Part shown: positions 29,012-39,900 of the stretch, piece by piece | Numbering within the stretch: position 1 is the first letter of the stretch | Layout of the letters: every line of letters begins with the position of its first letter | Assembly: GCA_045629745.1 (NCBI GenBank) | Contig: JAZQRU010000044.1 | Span: 7,258-71,257 of the forward strand | Length of the DNA: 64,000 nt | Reading direction: 5' to 3' | Origin: Eubacteriales bacterium | GTDB lineage: Bacteria > Bacillota > Clostridia > Oscillospirales > CAG-272 | Translations under genes and position numbers: made by a program | The notes under the pieces: model-generated | Told to the model about the DNA's origin: nothing | Seen by the model: the letters and a program-made list of their open reading frames with translations, nothing else | The model's database searches: none

Positions 29012-29629
29012 TTAAAATTCGTATTTTTGACCGCAATTTTTGATTTTAACTCTGCCGCCAGTCAAATCAACAAGACTTTTTTCGAAAGCCTCCGACTCAC
29101 CCTTTTTAATACTGCCGACAAGCGTTACCGAATCGGAATATATAATATCATTACGTCTGAAGCCCGAGCTTTCTATCGGGGTTAGCGTTTTCTGATAATC
29201 AGAATACGAAAGCTCGATTTCGTAGCTTACGTACGTATCGTAGGTTATTATCTCTGAATTGCGAAGCGCGCCGACTGCAGCCGCACTGTATGCTCTTACA
29301 AGTCCGCCTGTTCCGAGAAGAGTTCCGCCGAAATATCTTACCACAACGACAACCGCGTCAACTATTCCGTTCTTTCTTATCGCATCAAGAGTCGGCATTC
29401 CAGCCGTTCCCTGAGGTTCTCTGTCATCTGAAAAGCGCATAACCTGATTTTCACGCAAAACGTATGCATATACGTGATGGTTTGCGTCTGAATATTTCTT
29501 TTTAACCGAGGCTATAAATTCAAGTGCCTCGCTCTCGGTTGAAACAGGCGATGCTTCTCCTATAAAAACGGAGCGCCTGTCCTCGTATTCGTATCTTGCG
29601 GCCTTATGAATTGTAGTATATGAATCCAA
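29012..29629 (-). CDS. yigZ: YigZ/IMPACT family protein
   Basis: 205 aa. RSVFIGEA...ANHHVYAY...DDREPQGTAG. Confidence 0.85.
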   Translation of the reverse strand: MDSYTTIHKAARYEYEDRRSVFIGEASPVSTESEALEFIASVKKKYSDANHHVYAYVLRENQVMRFSDDREPQGTAGMPTLDAIRKNGIVDAVVVVVRYFGGTLLGTGGLVRAYSAAAVGALRNSEIITYDTYVSYEIELSYSDYQKTLTPIESSGFRRNDIIYSDSVTLVGSIKKGESEAFEKSLVDLTGGRVKIKNCGQKYEF

Positions 29630-29638
29630 ACTTTTCTC

Positions 29639-30892
29639 CTAACAGTTAATCGCGTAATTTTTAAATCGTCCGATACCTCGCTCGTCAAGCGTTGCAATAA
29701 CTGATATTCCGTCTTCAAGATATTCAACGCTCGTTACGGAATACTCGTTATATATTTCGCTGACAAGAGATTGCATAGAATACGGAATAAGAAGCCTGCA
29801 TTCGCGCTTTGATTCCTTTATTACCCTTTCTACGCTTTCTATAAGAAATTCAATTCCTCCGCCCGATTTTGCCGACACGATAACGGAATTCTTTGCTTCA
29901 AGCATTGCAGGAGCACTCTCACACTTATCGCACTTATTGTATACGTAAATTCTCGGCTTATCGTTCGCCCCGAGCTCCTCGATAATCCCCTCGGTTACCG
30001 CAAGGTGCTCCTTAACCTCACTGTCGCTCATATCCGAAACTATCATAAGAATGTCCGCATATTTTACTTCGTCAAGTGTAGATTTAAATGCCTTTACCAA
30101 GTGATGCGGAAGCTTTCTTATAAATCCAACCGTATCGGTTATGAGTACGCTTTCACCCGATGAGAGCGTCATTTTTCTTGTCGTAGGGTCAAGAGTTGCG
30201 AAAAGCTTATCCTCCGACAACACGTTAGACCCTGTGAGCCTGTTTAAAAGAGTGGATTTTCCTGCATTTGTATAACCGACGACAGCAATTTTAGGCAAGC
30301 CCGACCTGTCGCGCTGCGCTCTCATTACGGAACGGTTATGCTCAAGCTCCTTGAGCCTTGCCTCAAGGTTTGCAAGCTTTTCGCGCAGATGTCTTTTGTC
30401 CGTTTCGAGCTTCGTTTCTCCGGGACCTCTGGTTCCAATACCGCCGCCCTGACGAGAAAGCTCAATTCCCTTGCCCACGAGGCGCGGTGCGGTATATTTA
30501 AGCTGAGCAAGCTCAACCTGGAGCTTTCCCTCTCCGCTTTTTGCGTGAAGAGCAAAAATATCAAGTATCAACATGCTTCTGTCAATAACTATAACGTCGC
30601 CGATGTCCGTCTCAAGATTTCTAATTTGCATTGGCGAAAGCTCAAAGTCAAAAACAACCATATCAGCACAGTGCGCTTCGGCAAGCTCTTTTACTTCAAG
30701 CACCTTGCCGCTTCCGATGCAGGTTCTCGGATCAAAGCTATCCTTTATCTGTATAACCCTTGCTATAGCCTCGGCGCCGGCGGTGTATAAAAGCCTTTCA
30801 AGCTCGTCAAGACTTTTCTCACACTCAAAAAGCTCTGAGGAGTTTTTCGCAACAGTTACCATTATCGCTTTTTTCAAGGTTTCCTCTGTCAT
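29639..30892 (-). CDS. hflX: GTPase HflX
   Basis: 417 aa. The HflX N-domain is followed by the G-domain motifs GYTNAGKSTLLN and DTVGF. Confidence 0.93.
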   Translation of the reverse strand: MTEETLKKAIMVTVAKNSSELFECEKSLDELERLLYTAGAEAIARVIQIKDSFDPRTCIGSGKVLEVKELAEAHCADMVVFDFELSPMQIRNLETDIGDVIVIDRSMLILDIFALHAKSGEGKLQVELAQLKYTAPRLVGKGIELSRQGGGIGTRGPGETKLETDKRHLREKLANLEARLKELEHNRSVMRAQRDRSGLPKIAVVGYTNAGKSTLLNRLTGSNVLSEDKLFATLDPTTRKMTLSSGESVLITDTVGFIRKLPHHLVKAFKSTLDEVKYADILMIVSDMSDSEVKEHLAVTEGIIEELGANDKPRIYVYNKCDKCESAPAMLEAKNSVIVSAKSGGGIEFLIESVERVIKESKRECRLLIPYSMQSLVSEIYNEYSVTSVEYLEDGISVIATLDERGIGRFKNYAINC

Positions 30893-30912
30893 AATTGCCT
30901 CCCTTCCTGAAC

Positions 30913-30950
30913 GAAAAAAGAGCGCGGCAAAACTACCACGCTCTTTTTAT
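30913..30950 (-). terminator. Intrinsic terminator after rpmE
   Basis: 10-bp stem AAGAGCGTGG/CCGCGCTCTT followed by a T-run on the minus strand. Confidence 0.8.
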
Positions 30951-30957
30951 GCAATGA

Positions 30958-31161
30958 TTATTTTACCATTGCAAGACGCTTCTTGAACTTGTCAACACGT
31001 CCGCCAGCATCTACGAACTTCTGCTTTCCTGTATAGAAAGGATGGCACTTGGAGCAAATTTCCACGTTCAAATCACCCTTTACGGAATGAGTAACGACAG
31101 TAGCGCCGCAAGCACATCTAATGGTAGCTTCTTTGTATTCGGGATGTATTCCAGCCTTCAT
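30958..31161 (-). CDS. rpmE: 50S ribosomal protein L31 (Cys-containing, zinc-ribbon form)
   Basis: 67 aa. MKAGIHPEY...CACG...[10 protein letters not shown]. Confidence 0.95.
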   Translation of the reverse strand: MKAGIHPEYKEATIRCACGATVVTHSVKGDLNVEICSKCHPFYTGKQKFVDAGGRVDKFKKRLAMVK

Positions 31162-31249
31162 TTTAACACCTCTTTACATAGTAATTCATTTTTCATACGA
31201 CTAATTATATCACAACGTTTTTAATTTTGCAATACCTTTTATAAAAAAA

Positions 31250-31960
31250 TTATATTTTTTCTTCAATTTTCTTCTTTAATTCGACCATTATCTTTTTTTC
31301 AAGCCTTGATATATAGCTTTGAGAGATGCCGAGAGCATCTGCTACTTCTTTTTGAGTGAGCTCATTTCCGTCAAGAAGCCCGTATCTCATTTCGATTATA
31401 ACGCGTTCTCTTTCGTCAAGCTTCAGTACCGCTTCACGTAAGATTTTCTTTTCCTCTGCGTCTTCCATTCCACGAGAAACAACATCACCCTCACTTCCCA
31501 GAACGTCGGAAAGAAGAAGCTCATTACCGTCCCAGTCGACGCTCAGTGGCTCGTCAATAGACACCTCGCGCCTTGCGGAAGAATTTTTCCTTATAAACAT
31601 TAGTATTTCGTTTTCAATACATCTTGATGCGTAGGTCGCAAGCTTTATATTTTTATCCTTTTTAAACGTGTTTATCGCTTTTATAAGTCCAACCGTTCCA
31701 ATAGAGATAAGCTCTTCAATTCCTGCTCCCGTATTTTCAAATCGCTTTGCTATGTAAACGACAAGTCTGAGATTATGCTCGATAAGCTTATCGCGCGCGT
31801 GCCTTGTGCCTAAGTTTTCTATCATTTTCTCTTCCTCTTTTTCAGAAAGAGGAGGCGGCAGACTTTCTGTTCCGTTGACGTAATAAAGCTCGTTTTTGGA
31901 AAAAAGCGATTTGAAGAATTTTTTTATCCCTTTAAAAATCGCGGATATTTTAGAAAACAT
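31250..31960 (-). CDS. sigE: Sporulation sigma factor SigE (pro-sigma-E)
   Basis: 236 aa. An N-terminal pro-sequence is followed by [30 protein letters not shown] and [16 protein letters not shown]. Overlaps the stop of spoIIGA. Confidence 0.9.
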   Translation of the reverse strand: MFSKISAIFKGIKKFFKSLFSKNELYYVNGTESLPPPLSEKEEEKMIENLGTRHARDKLIEHNLRLVVYIAKRFENTGAGIEELISIGTVGLIKAINTFKKDKNIKLATYASRCIENEILMFIRKNSSARREVSIDEPLSVDWDGNELLLSDVLGSEGDVVSRGMEDAEEKKILREAVLKLDERERVIIEMRYGLLDGNELTQKEVADALGISQSYISRLEKKIMVELKKKIEEKI

Positions 31961-32810
31961 TGTCTATCGCTACGGCGGGCATTAAAGCGGGATACCCTCC
32001 GTATAATTCTCCTTTCTTATCTATAGCAAAGCTTACGTTGATATTTTCGTACTTTCCGTTGTTAACTACGGTTACGTAGTCGCTAAGAAAGCCCGGAAGC
32101 ATTTTCACCCCGTCGGAAGAGCTTACGGGTATCAGGCGGATACGCTTTTTAATCTTTTCGTCAAGCGCCCCAACGTCACCCGAGAAATCAAGCTTTTCTC
32201 CTATTATTTTCGTGGCAAGCTCCTCGGTTATAAAAATGACAGGACGCCCACCCGCAGGCTCTTCGACAAGATTTCCCGTATCAACAAGAGCCTCAAAGCT
32301 TTCTTCTCTGCCCTCGTATCCTACGCATACTCTGACACTTCTAATACTTGACGAGTTGCCTATAAGATACATCATAATTTTCACAATTCCGTATGACAGA
32401 AGCACAATTACGGACCAGGTGAGGAAATTTCTATTTTGAACTGCACCGCCCGTTGTGCCGAAATCACTCATTATAACGTCAAAGAGACAAAAGCCGTAAT
32501 ACACAAGTCCGCCAATAATGATTTCCGAAAACAAAAAAGCCGCGGCATATTTAATTTTTCTCACACGCGACACTCCCTTCGTTACAATTATTATCATAAG
32601 CGCAAAAATAGGAACGGTTAAAATAGGCATAATATACCTTTTATCAGAAAATATTATTCCAAGAACGGCATAGCTCGCACCGAGCGCCGCCGAGAGTATC
32701 AGTCTTCTTATACCGCATCTGATTTTTAATATGTAAAGCGCTAAGGCGAGTGCGATAATATCAACGCAAAAGTTTATCAAAAAATATATATCTATGTATA
32801 CCGTTTTCAT
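31950..32810 (-). CDS. spoIIGA: Sigma-E processing peptidase SpoIIGA
   Basis: Polytopic N-terminus [13 protein letters not shown] and the aspartic protease motif LVDTGN. I place the start at ATG 32810 (GAGG RBS) rather than 32834. Confidence 0.88.
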   Translation of the reverse strand: MKTVYIDIYFLINFCVDIIALALALYILKIRCGIRRLILSAALGASYAVLGIIFSDKRYIMPILTVPIFALMIIIVTKGVSRVRKIKYAAAFLFSEIIIGGLVYYGFCLFDVIMSDFGTTGGAVQNRNFLTWSVIVLLSYGIVKIMMYLIGNSSSIRSVRVCVGYEGREESFEALVDTGNLVEEPAGGRPVIFITEELATKIIGEKLDFSGDVGALDEKIKKRIRLIPVSSSDGVKMLPGFLSDYVTVVNNGKYENINVSFAIDKKGELYGGYPALMPAVAIDNVF

Positions 32811-32882
32811 TTCTACCTCATAAATTATCTTCATTTATATTGTACCACACGAAAACGGAATATATTGTCGCAGAAGGGCGAA

Positions 32883-32918
32883 AAAATAAAGAGCCGAATT
32901 AAAACAATTCGACTCTTT
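32883..32918 (-). terminator. Intrinsic terminator after the Mrp-like gene
   Basis: Stem AGAGTCGAAT/ATTCGGCTCT (one G-U pair) followed by TTATTTTTT on the minus strand. Confidence 0.7.
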
Positions 32919-32929
32919 TCGCGTTACTT

Positions 32930-33751
32930 TTAATTTAATGATTTTTCAATGATATCTGCCGCAGCTTCAAGGTAATCACCATCAAAAAGCTCGATTACAC
33001 CCTTATCGGAAAGCGAAGCAAGCTCGGGATCTATCGGAAGACGCGCAAGTACGTCAGTACTGTATTTTTCCGCAAGCGAATCAATTTTACTGTCACCGTA
33101 AAGCTTTATTACCTTACCGCAATCGGGACATACGAGATAGCCATAGTTTTCTACAAGACCGAGAAGCGGAATATCCATAAGCGACGCCATATTCACCGCT
33201 TTTTCAACTATCATTGAAACAAGCTCCTGAGGGCTTGTGACGATAACTATTCCGTCAAGAGGAAGGCTTTGGAAAACGGTGAGAGGAACGTCACCCGTTC
33301 CTGGAGGCATATCTACGAACATATAGTCAACCTCACCCCAGACAACCTCACTCCAGAACTGCTTGACAGTTCCCGCAATAACGGGACCTCGCCATACTAC
33401 AGGCTTGGTTTCCTCGTCCATAAGAAGATTTATGCTCATAACCTCAATTCCCGTTTTTGTTTTCGGGGGGAACATTCCAAGCTCGCTTCCCGTAACGGAT
33501 CCGACCTTCAAGCCGAAAGCTTTGGGAATGGAAGGACCTGTTATGTCTGCGTCAAGTATAGCCGTTTTATACCCCCTTCTTTGCATAGTAACAGCGAGCA
33601 AAGACGTTACCATAGATTTTCCGACTCCGCCTTTTCCGCTAACGACGCCTATAACGTGCTTTACGTTACTGGCTTGATTTTTAGGCGCAAGCAACGACTC
33701 TTTTGAGCATTTTTCGCTGCAATTTGCGCAATCGTGTGAACAACCTGCCAT
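32930..33751 (-). CDS. Mrp/NBP35 (ApbC-like) iron-sulfur cluster carrier ATPase
   Basis: 273 aa. Deviant Walker A VVSGKGGVGKS, a CxxC pair (CPDCG) and a Cys-rich N-terminus. Confidence 0.88.
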   Translation of the reverse strand: MAGCSHDCANCSEKCSKESLLAPKNQASNVKHVIGVVSGKGGVGKSMVTSLLAVTMQRRGYKTAILDADITGPSIPKAFGLKVGSVTGSELGMFPPKTKTGIEVMSINLLMDEETKPVVWRGPVIAGTVKQFWSEVVWGEVDYMFVDMPPGTGDVPLTVFQSLPLDGIVIVTSPQELVSMIVEKAVNMASLMDIPLLGLVENYGYLVCPDCGKVIKLYGDSKIDSLAEKYSTDVLARLPIDPELASLSDKGVIELFDGDYLEAAADIIEKSLN

Positions 33752-33765
33752 TTTTATCTCCTAAC

Positions 33766-36069
33766 TCATATTGCACTGACGGAAATTTCGCCATTTTCTT
33801 GAGAAAGTGAAATTCCGACAAGATTTTTACCGTTATTATCTACTACAATGCTTGCAATCGCATCCTCGACGTGCTTTTCAATAAAGCGGCGCATATTACG
33901 CGCTCCGTACTTCTCGGAATAAGATTTTTCTGCAATCAATTCAAGCACAGACTCGTCGTACACAAGCTTCGTGCCCTTTTCCGCCATAAAATTCTTAAGG
34001 CGCGAGATAAACAGCTCCGCTATTTTCTGAAAATCGTTTTTATCAAGGTGTCTGAACGTGATAATTTCGTCGATACGGTTGATAAATTCTGGACGAAGGA
34101 AGTTAAAGAGTGCCTTTTCGGTTTTCTCCTTTACTCTCTCTTCTCTCTTTTCCGCAAATCCCGAAATTGAAGTATTACTTTCGCTTCCCGCATTAGTAGT
34201 CATTATAATTATCGCATTTTCAAAATTCACCTGTCTTCCCTGAGCGTCGGTTATTCTTCCATCGTCAAGAATTTGAAGAAGGATATTAAGAACGTCAGGG
34301 TGGGCTTTTTCGATTTCGTCAAAAAGAATTACTGCGTGAGGTCTTCTTCTGATTTTTTCCGTTAGCTGACCTGCCTCGTCATATCCGACGTAACCGGGAG
34401 GAGCTCCTATAATTCTCGATACTGAATGCTTTTCCATAAATTCGGACATATCAAGTCTTATAAGGGATTCGGGCTGCTTGAAAAGCTCGTTTGCAAGAAC
34501 CTTTACAAGCTCGGTTTTTCCAACGCCCGTCGGTCCTGCAAAAATCATAGATACGGGATTTTTTCTGTAGGAAATTCCCGCGCGCTTGCGCTTTACTGCT
34601 CTTACAACGGCAGAAACGGCTTCGTTCTGACCTATGATATTTGAGGAAATTCTCTCATAGAGCCCCGAAAGCTCGCCAAGCTCGCCAGAGCATATATCAG
34701 ACGCCGGAACACCGGTCCAGATTTCAATAACCTTAGCAACGTCGGAAATCGTTACGAAAAGGCCCTCAAGGATTTTATCAAGCTCCTTAATTCTCTCTTC
34801 AAGCTGAAGCTTCTCAACCTTAATATCTGCAATTTCCTTGTAAAGCTCTTCCGTTTGAGCTTCGGGTGCTTCGCTTTTAGCTTCAAGCTGCGCGCTCTTT
34901 TTATTTAGCTCAATAAGGCGCTTTGCTTTCTTTTTCTTTTCGTTAAGCTCAGGGGAAGAGAGTGCAACTCTTGCCGCCGCCTCGTCGATTATATCAATAG
35001 CCTTATCGGGAAGAAATCTATCCGTTATATAGCGCTCGGACATATTAACCGCATCTCTTGATATTTCTGTTGGAATTTTAACTCCGTGATATTTTTCGTA
35101 GTATTTCTTTATTCCCTCGATTACTCTTATACTCTCGTCAACCGAAGGCTCTTCAACCATTACCGGCTGAAAACGGCGCTCAAGTGCGCTATCTTTTTCA
35201 ATATACTTACGGTACTCCTTAAGAGTAGTTGCACCGATTATCTGTATTTCTCCGCGGGAAAGGGCGGGCTTAAGGATATTCGCGGCACTCATACTTCCTT
35301 CAGAATCGCCTGCGCTTACTATCGTATGCACCTCGTCTATCATAAGAATGACGTTTCCAGCATTCTTAACCTCTTTGATAAGTCCGAGAATCCTTGATTC
35401 AAACTGACCGCGGAACTGAGTTCCCGCAACGAGCGCCGTCATATCGAGAAGCCTGATTTCCGCATCCGAAAGCTCCTCGGGAACGTTTCCGTCAACTATT
35501 CTCTGCGCAAGAGCCTCAGCTATAGCTGTTTTATCGACACCGGGCTCACCGATAAGACAGGGGTTGTTTTTCTGCCTTCTTGACAGTATCTGTATTACTC
35601 TGTCAAGCTCTCTGTCACGTCCTACTATTCTGTCGGTTTCGCCCTTTGCAGCTTTCTCTGTAAGATTGGTGCAGTACATATTGAGAAGCTTTTTGCCGTC
35701 GTCTTTTTTTGCTTCCCTCGCCCTTTGCTCCTTAGAGCCGTTGCGCTTTCCCTGAGGGGGAGGCGCGAAAGGAAAGCCCTGAAAAAGCTTTTGAAAATCA
35801 ATTGCAGGCGCACCGCCGTCAACGTTATCGTCGGAATTATCTGAGGTATCGGCAACCGCTTCAAGCATTCCGGAAACCTCACCTGAAAGACCTTCGATAT
35901 CCGTTTCGTCAATTCCCATTTTTTTAAGCATATCCTCAACGGGCTTTATTCCAAGCTCACGAGCGCATATCAGGCATAAGCCCTCGTTAATTGTATTATT
36001 ATTTTCAAGTCGAGTTATAAAAACCACCGCAGGGCGCTTTTTACATCTCGCGCATTTTTGCATTTCCAT
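33766..36069 (-). CDS. Clp/Hsp100 family double AAA+ ATPase (ClpC/ClpA-like) with zinc-ribbon N-terminus
   Basis: 767 aa. N-terminal CARC...CLIC. The D1 P-loop reads GEPGVDKT (normally GVGKT); the D2 P-loop GPTGVGKT is canonical. A coiled-coil middle region is present. Confidence 0.85.
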   Translation of the reverse strand: MEMQKCARCKKRPAVVFITRLENNNTINEGLCLICARELGIKPVEDMLKKMGIDETDIEGLSGEVSGMLEAVADTSDNSDDNVDGGAPAIDFQKLFQGFPFAPPPQGKRNGSKEQRAREAKKDDGKKLLNMYCTNLTEKAAKGETDRIVGRDRELDRVIQILSRRQKNNPCLIGEPGVDKTAIAEALAQRIVDGNVPEELSDAEIRLLDMTALVAGTQFRGQFESRILGLIKEVKNAGNVILMIDEVHTIVSAGDSEGSMSAANILKPALSRGEIQIIGATTLKEYRKYIEKDSALERRFQPVMVEEPSVDESIRVIEGIKKYYEKYHGVKIPTEISRDAVNMSERYITDRFLPDKAIDIIDEAAARVALSSPELNEKKKKAKRLIELNKKSAQLEAKSEAPEAQTEELYKEIADIKVEKLQLEERIKELDKILEGLFVTISDVAKVIEIWTGVPASDICSGELGELSGLYERISSNIIGQNEAVSAVVRAVKRKRAGISYRKNPVSMIFAGPTGVGKTELVKVLANELFKQPESLIRLDMSEFMEKHSVSRIIGAPPGYVGYDEAGQLTEKIRRRPHAVILFDEIEKAHPDVLNILLQILDDGRITDAQGRQVNFENAIIIMTTNAGSESNTSISGFAEKREERVKEKTEKALFNFLRPEFINRIDEIITFRHLDKNDFQKIAELFISRLKNFMAEKGTKLVYDESVLELIAEKSYSEKYGARNMRRFIEKHVEDAIASIVVDNNGKNLVGISLSQENGEISVSAI

Positions 36070-36136
36070 TTTTATTTGCCTTTCTTAGAAAACGATATGT
36101 GCGAAGACTCTGAATTTTAATTCTCAGAGCGCAATA

Positions 36137-36823
36137 TTAAAAGCTCAATAAGAGCTCTATGGGATTTAAGCTATTGAAAAGCTTGTATACGAATCCGCCG
36201 TCAAATCCGCTTGCCCATTCGTGAGAAGCAACAGACGGAAGATTTATAACGTAAGTAAATACTGCTGCTAAGCCCCACGCAATGATAAACGCAAATGCTG
36301 TTGAGAAAATTGCACCGAGAATTCTGTTGAATACTCCGACAAAGCCCACGTCTAACACCGCATTTAAAATCGCAAGAAGAAGCGACAAAACCAAGCCCGA
36401 TAAAAAATACAGGGCTATAAACGTAATTATCGTTGAAACCACGTGAATTGCCGGCGAAATCAACGAAGTAGCAATTTTATTGACGAGCGTTCCGCCGTCC
36501 TCGCCCTCTGCAAGCCCGTTTATATCAATATCAAAAAGGCTTGCTCCTATTTTAAGAACAGTTGGCAATTCGTCATTTATATTTTCGGGATTTATACCCT
36601 CGCAGTTCTCGAGAATATACTCTTCCATCTGATTTGAAATAGGCTCTCTTATTCTCGGTTCTACCAAGGCTTCGGAAAGAGGAGATGCCAAGGATATCGA
36701 AATAACGAGCGTAAGAATAACTTTTACGGGCTTTGCTATCGTTTTTATAAATCCGCGTTTAATTCCTAGGATTAGACCGATAAGAAGTATTAAAACTAAA
36801 ACTAAATCTACTATAAAGTTCAA
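36137..36823 (-). CDS. cvpA: CvpA family membrane protein
   Basis: 228 aa. IVDLVLVLILLIGLILGIKRGFIK and multiple TM helices. Confidence 0.8.
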   Translation of the reverse strand: MNFIVDLVLVLILLIGLILGIKRGFIKTIAKPVKVILTLVISISLASPLSEALVEPRIREPISNQMEEYILENCEGINPENINDELPTVLKIGASLFDIDINGLAEGEDGGTLVNKIATSLISPAIHVVSTIITFIALYFLSGLVLSLLLAILNAVLDVGFVGVFNRILGAIFSTAFAFIIAWGLAAVFTYVINLPSVASHEWASGFDGGFVYKLFNSLNPIELLLSF

Positions 36824-36944
36824 CCTGAGAACCTCTCTTTAAAATATTTTAAGACAGTGTGATAAGTATATCACACAAAAAGTTTTTTTGTCAAGACGGC
36901 TTAACGGACAAAAGGCTACGTTTTTACCGTCTTAATTTTATTTT

Positions 36945-39900
36945 CTAGCGCAAAACCACGGCGTCGTCACCGAAAATTTTACGAAGTCTCCCAATAACAG
37001 CATCCGAAGAATTGATTTTTATATCCTTCATTGCGTTATATTTTTTAGTTCTGACGTCATATACCACGATATTCGTCTTTCCCGAATTGAGAAGCGCCAT
37101 TCTAGTTATATTTGCTATTCGCTTATCGTCAAAACCATCGATTTTTATATAAATAGTGGCTTCGCTTGGCGCTTTTTTCGGCTCCTCACGGTTTTGCATA
37201 TCACTGTTGCTCTTTAGCGGTATGAGATTTGAAAGGAGTATTTTAGGAGCTTCACCCTCTTCTTCAGATATGTTTCCCTCTAGGTAAACGGCATTTTCCT
37301 CAAAAATCTCATCAACAAACCGAGCGTATTGCTTAGCAAAAACAACTATCTCGATTTCGGCAAATTTATCCTCAAGCGTGATAAACGCCATAGTGTCGCC
37401 ATTTTTCAAGGCTTTTGTCTTTTTCGAGGTGATAATACCCGCGCAAGCAACCTTCTGCTTGTCCTTATACGTAGCGGCAGATGCGACGTTTTCTTCGCCG
37501 AAATCCGCGAGTATGGCGGAGATTTTATCAATGTGGAAGCTTGCTATATGCTTCGTGTAGCTATCAATCATATGTCCCGAGAAATACATTCCCGACGCTT
37601 CCTTTTCAAAAAGCAGAAGCTCTTTCAAGGAAAACTCGGGTGTATCGGGATATTTATAACCCTCGACGCGCAAGGAAGAGCCTCCGAATGAGAAAAGATC
37701 AAGCTGACCGCTTACGTTATTTCTGAGCTTGTCCTGCTCGGAGGACAATATGGCCTCATAAGAGGCTAAAAGCGCGCTTCTCGTTATTCCGAAGCTATCG
37801 AAAACGCCGCACTTAATCAAGGATTCGAGCGTTCTCTTGTTCATATCGAATGCGGCAAGTCTTTTAACGAAATCCTCAAAAGAGGTATACTTTCCCCCGT
37901 TTTCCCTCTCTATAACGACGCTTTTCGCGAAGTTTCTTCCGACGTTCTTTATTGCGAGAAGTCCGTAACGTATGTTGCCCGAGCAAACGGAAAAATCGCT
38001 CTTACTGCTATTTATATCAGGGGGCAAGACGTTAACACCGTGCCTTCCTGCGTCGGCAATATATTCTCTCAGCTTCTGCGTTGAATCAAGAACGCTTGTG
38101 AGAAGCGCGGAAAAATATTCTGCGGGATAATGCGCTTTCAGATATGCGGTTCTATATGAGATAATACCGTAGGCGGTTGCGTGGCTCTTATTGAAGGCAT
38201 ACTTCGCAAAGCCAACCATTTCCTCGAAAACTTCTTCCGCATTTTCGCGCGTGACGCCGCCAGAAAGACAGCCCTCGACAAAGCCTTCTCTTTCTGCAAG
38301 CATAACGGAAGTATTCTTTTTGGACATTGCGCGCCTTAATATATCCGCTTTTGCAAAGGAATATCCTGCAAGAGCGCGGGAAATCTGCATTACCTGCTCC
38401 TGATAAACTATACAACCGTAGGTAACGTCAAGAATATCCTTCAAAACGGGAATTTTATATTCAACGCTTTCGCGTCCGTGCTTACGTGCAATAAAGCTGT
38501 CAATTGAATCCATAGGGCCCGGTCTGTATAAGGCGATACACGCGATTATATCCTCAAGGTTTGAGGGCGAAAGCTTCGATAAAACCTGCTTCATTCCGCC
38601 CGATTCAAGCTGAAAAACTCCGTCGGTTTTCGCTTCGCAAAGAAGCTCAAAGGTTTTCTTATCGTCAAACGGGACTTTGGAAATCGAAAAATCGGGATTT
38701 TTTTCTCTTACCGCGCGCTCGGCATCGTCAATTACCGTAAGATAGCGAAGTCCTAAGAAGTCGAACTTCACAAGTCCGAGCTTTGCATCGGTATTCATAT
38801 CAAACTGAGTAACGACGCCCGTGCCGCTATATGAAAGCGGAACGTACTCCCAAGTGGGCTTTTCCGTCATAACAACGCCTGCCGCGTGAGTTGAAGCGTG
38901 ACGTGGCATACCCTCGAGCTTTTTTGAAATATCGAGAAGTCGTCTTACCTCGTTATCGGTGTCGTATATTTCGCGAAGCTCCCTAACCTTTAACGCACTT
39001 TCAATATTTACGTTCATTTCGCGAGGTATGAGCTTTGCTATCGTATCAACTCTTCCGTAAGGCATTCCTAGCGCCCGTCCGACGTCGCGGACTACGGCTC
39101 TTGCCGCAAGAGTACCAAATGTTACTATCTGCGCTACCTTATCGTCGCCGTACTTGCGCTTTACGTATTCTATAACCTCTTCACGTCTATTATAGCAGAA
39201 GTCTATGTCGAAATCGGGCATAGAAACGCGCTCGGGATTTAAAAATCTTTCAAAAAGCAAATCAAATGCTATGGGATCAACGTCAGTTATACCAACGCAA
39301 AAGGCAACAAGACTTCCTGCTCCAGAGCCTCTTCCCGGACCGACCGGTATTCCGCTTTTTTTAGCATAAGAAACGAAGTCCGCAACTATTAAATAGTACG
39401 CGTTAAATCCCATTTTATCTATAACGGAAAGCTCGTATTCCATTCTATCAAGATATACTGACTCGGAGTTTCTGGAAAAATCGAATTTTCCGCTTTTTGC
39501 TATTAAGTCAAATCCTGCAAATGCGTCCTTACGGAGCTTTTCCTTATGGCTTAAGCCGTCCTCGGGGGTAAAGGTTGGCAAATGGAGCTTGTCAAATTCA
39601 AAATCGAAATTGCATTTCTCGGCTATTTTAACAGTGTTTTCAACAGCTCCCTTAAAGGGTGCGAAAAGCGCCTCCATTTCCGCGCTTGATTTAAAGTAAA
39701 ACTCGTCGGTTTCAAAGCCGAAGGGCTTTCCGTCTGTTATAACGTTATTGGTTTGGATACACATAAGTATTGCCTGCGTATCCGAGTCCCTTTTCTCGAT
39801 ATAATGAACGTCGTTTGTGGCGACCATAGGTATGCCGTATTTTTCACTTATAAGCTTGATGCCATAGGCAACCTTGCGCTCTTCTTCAAGACCGTGGTTT

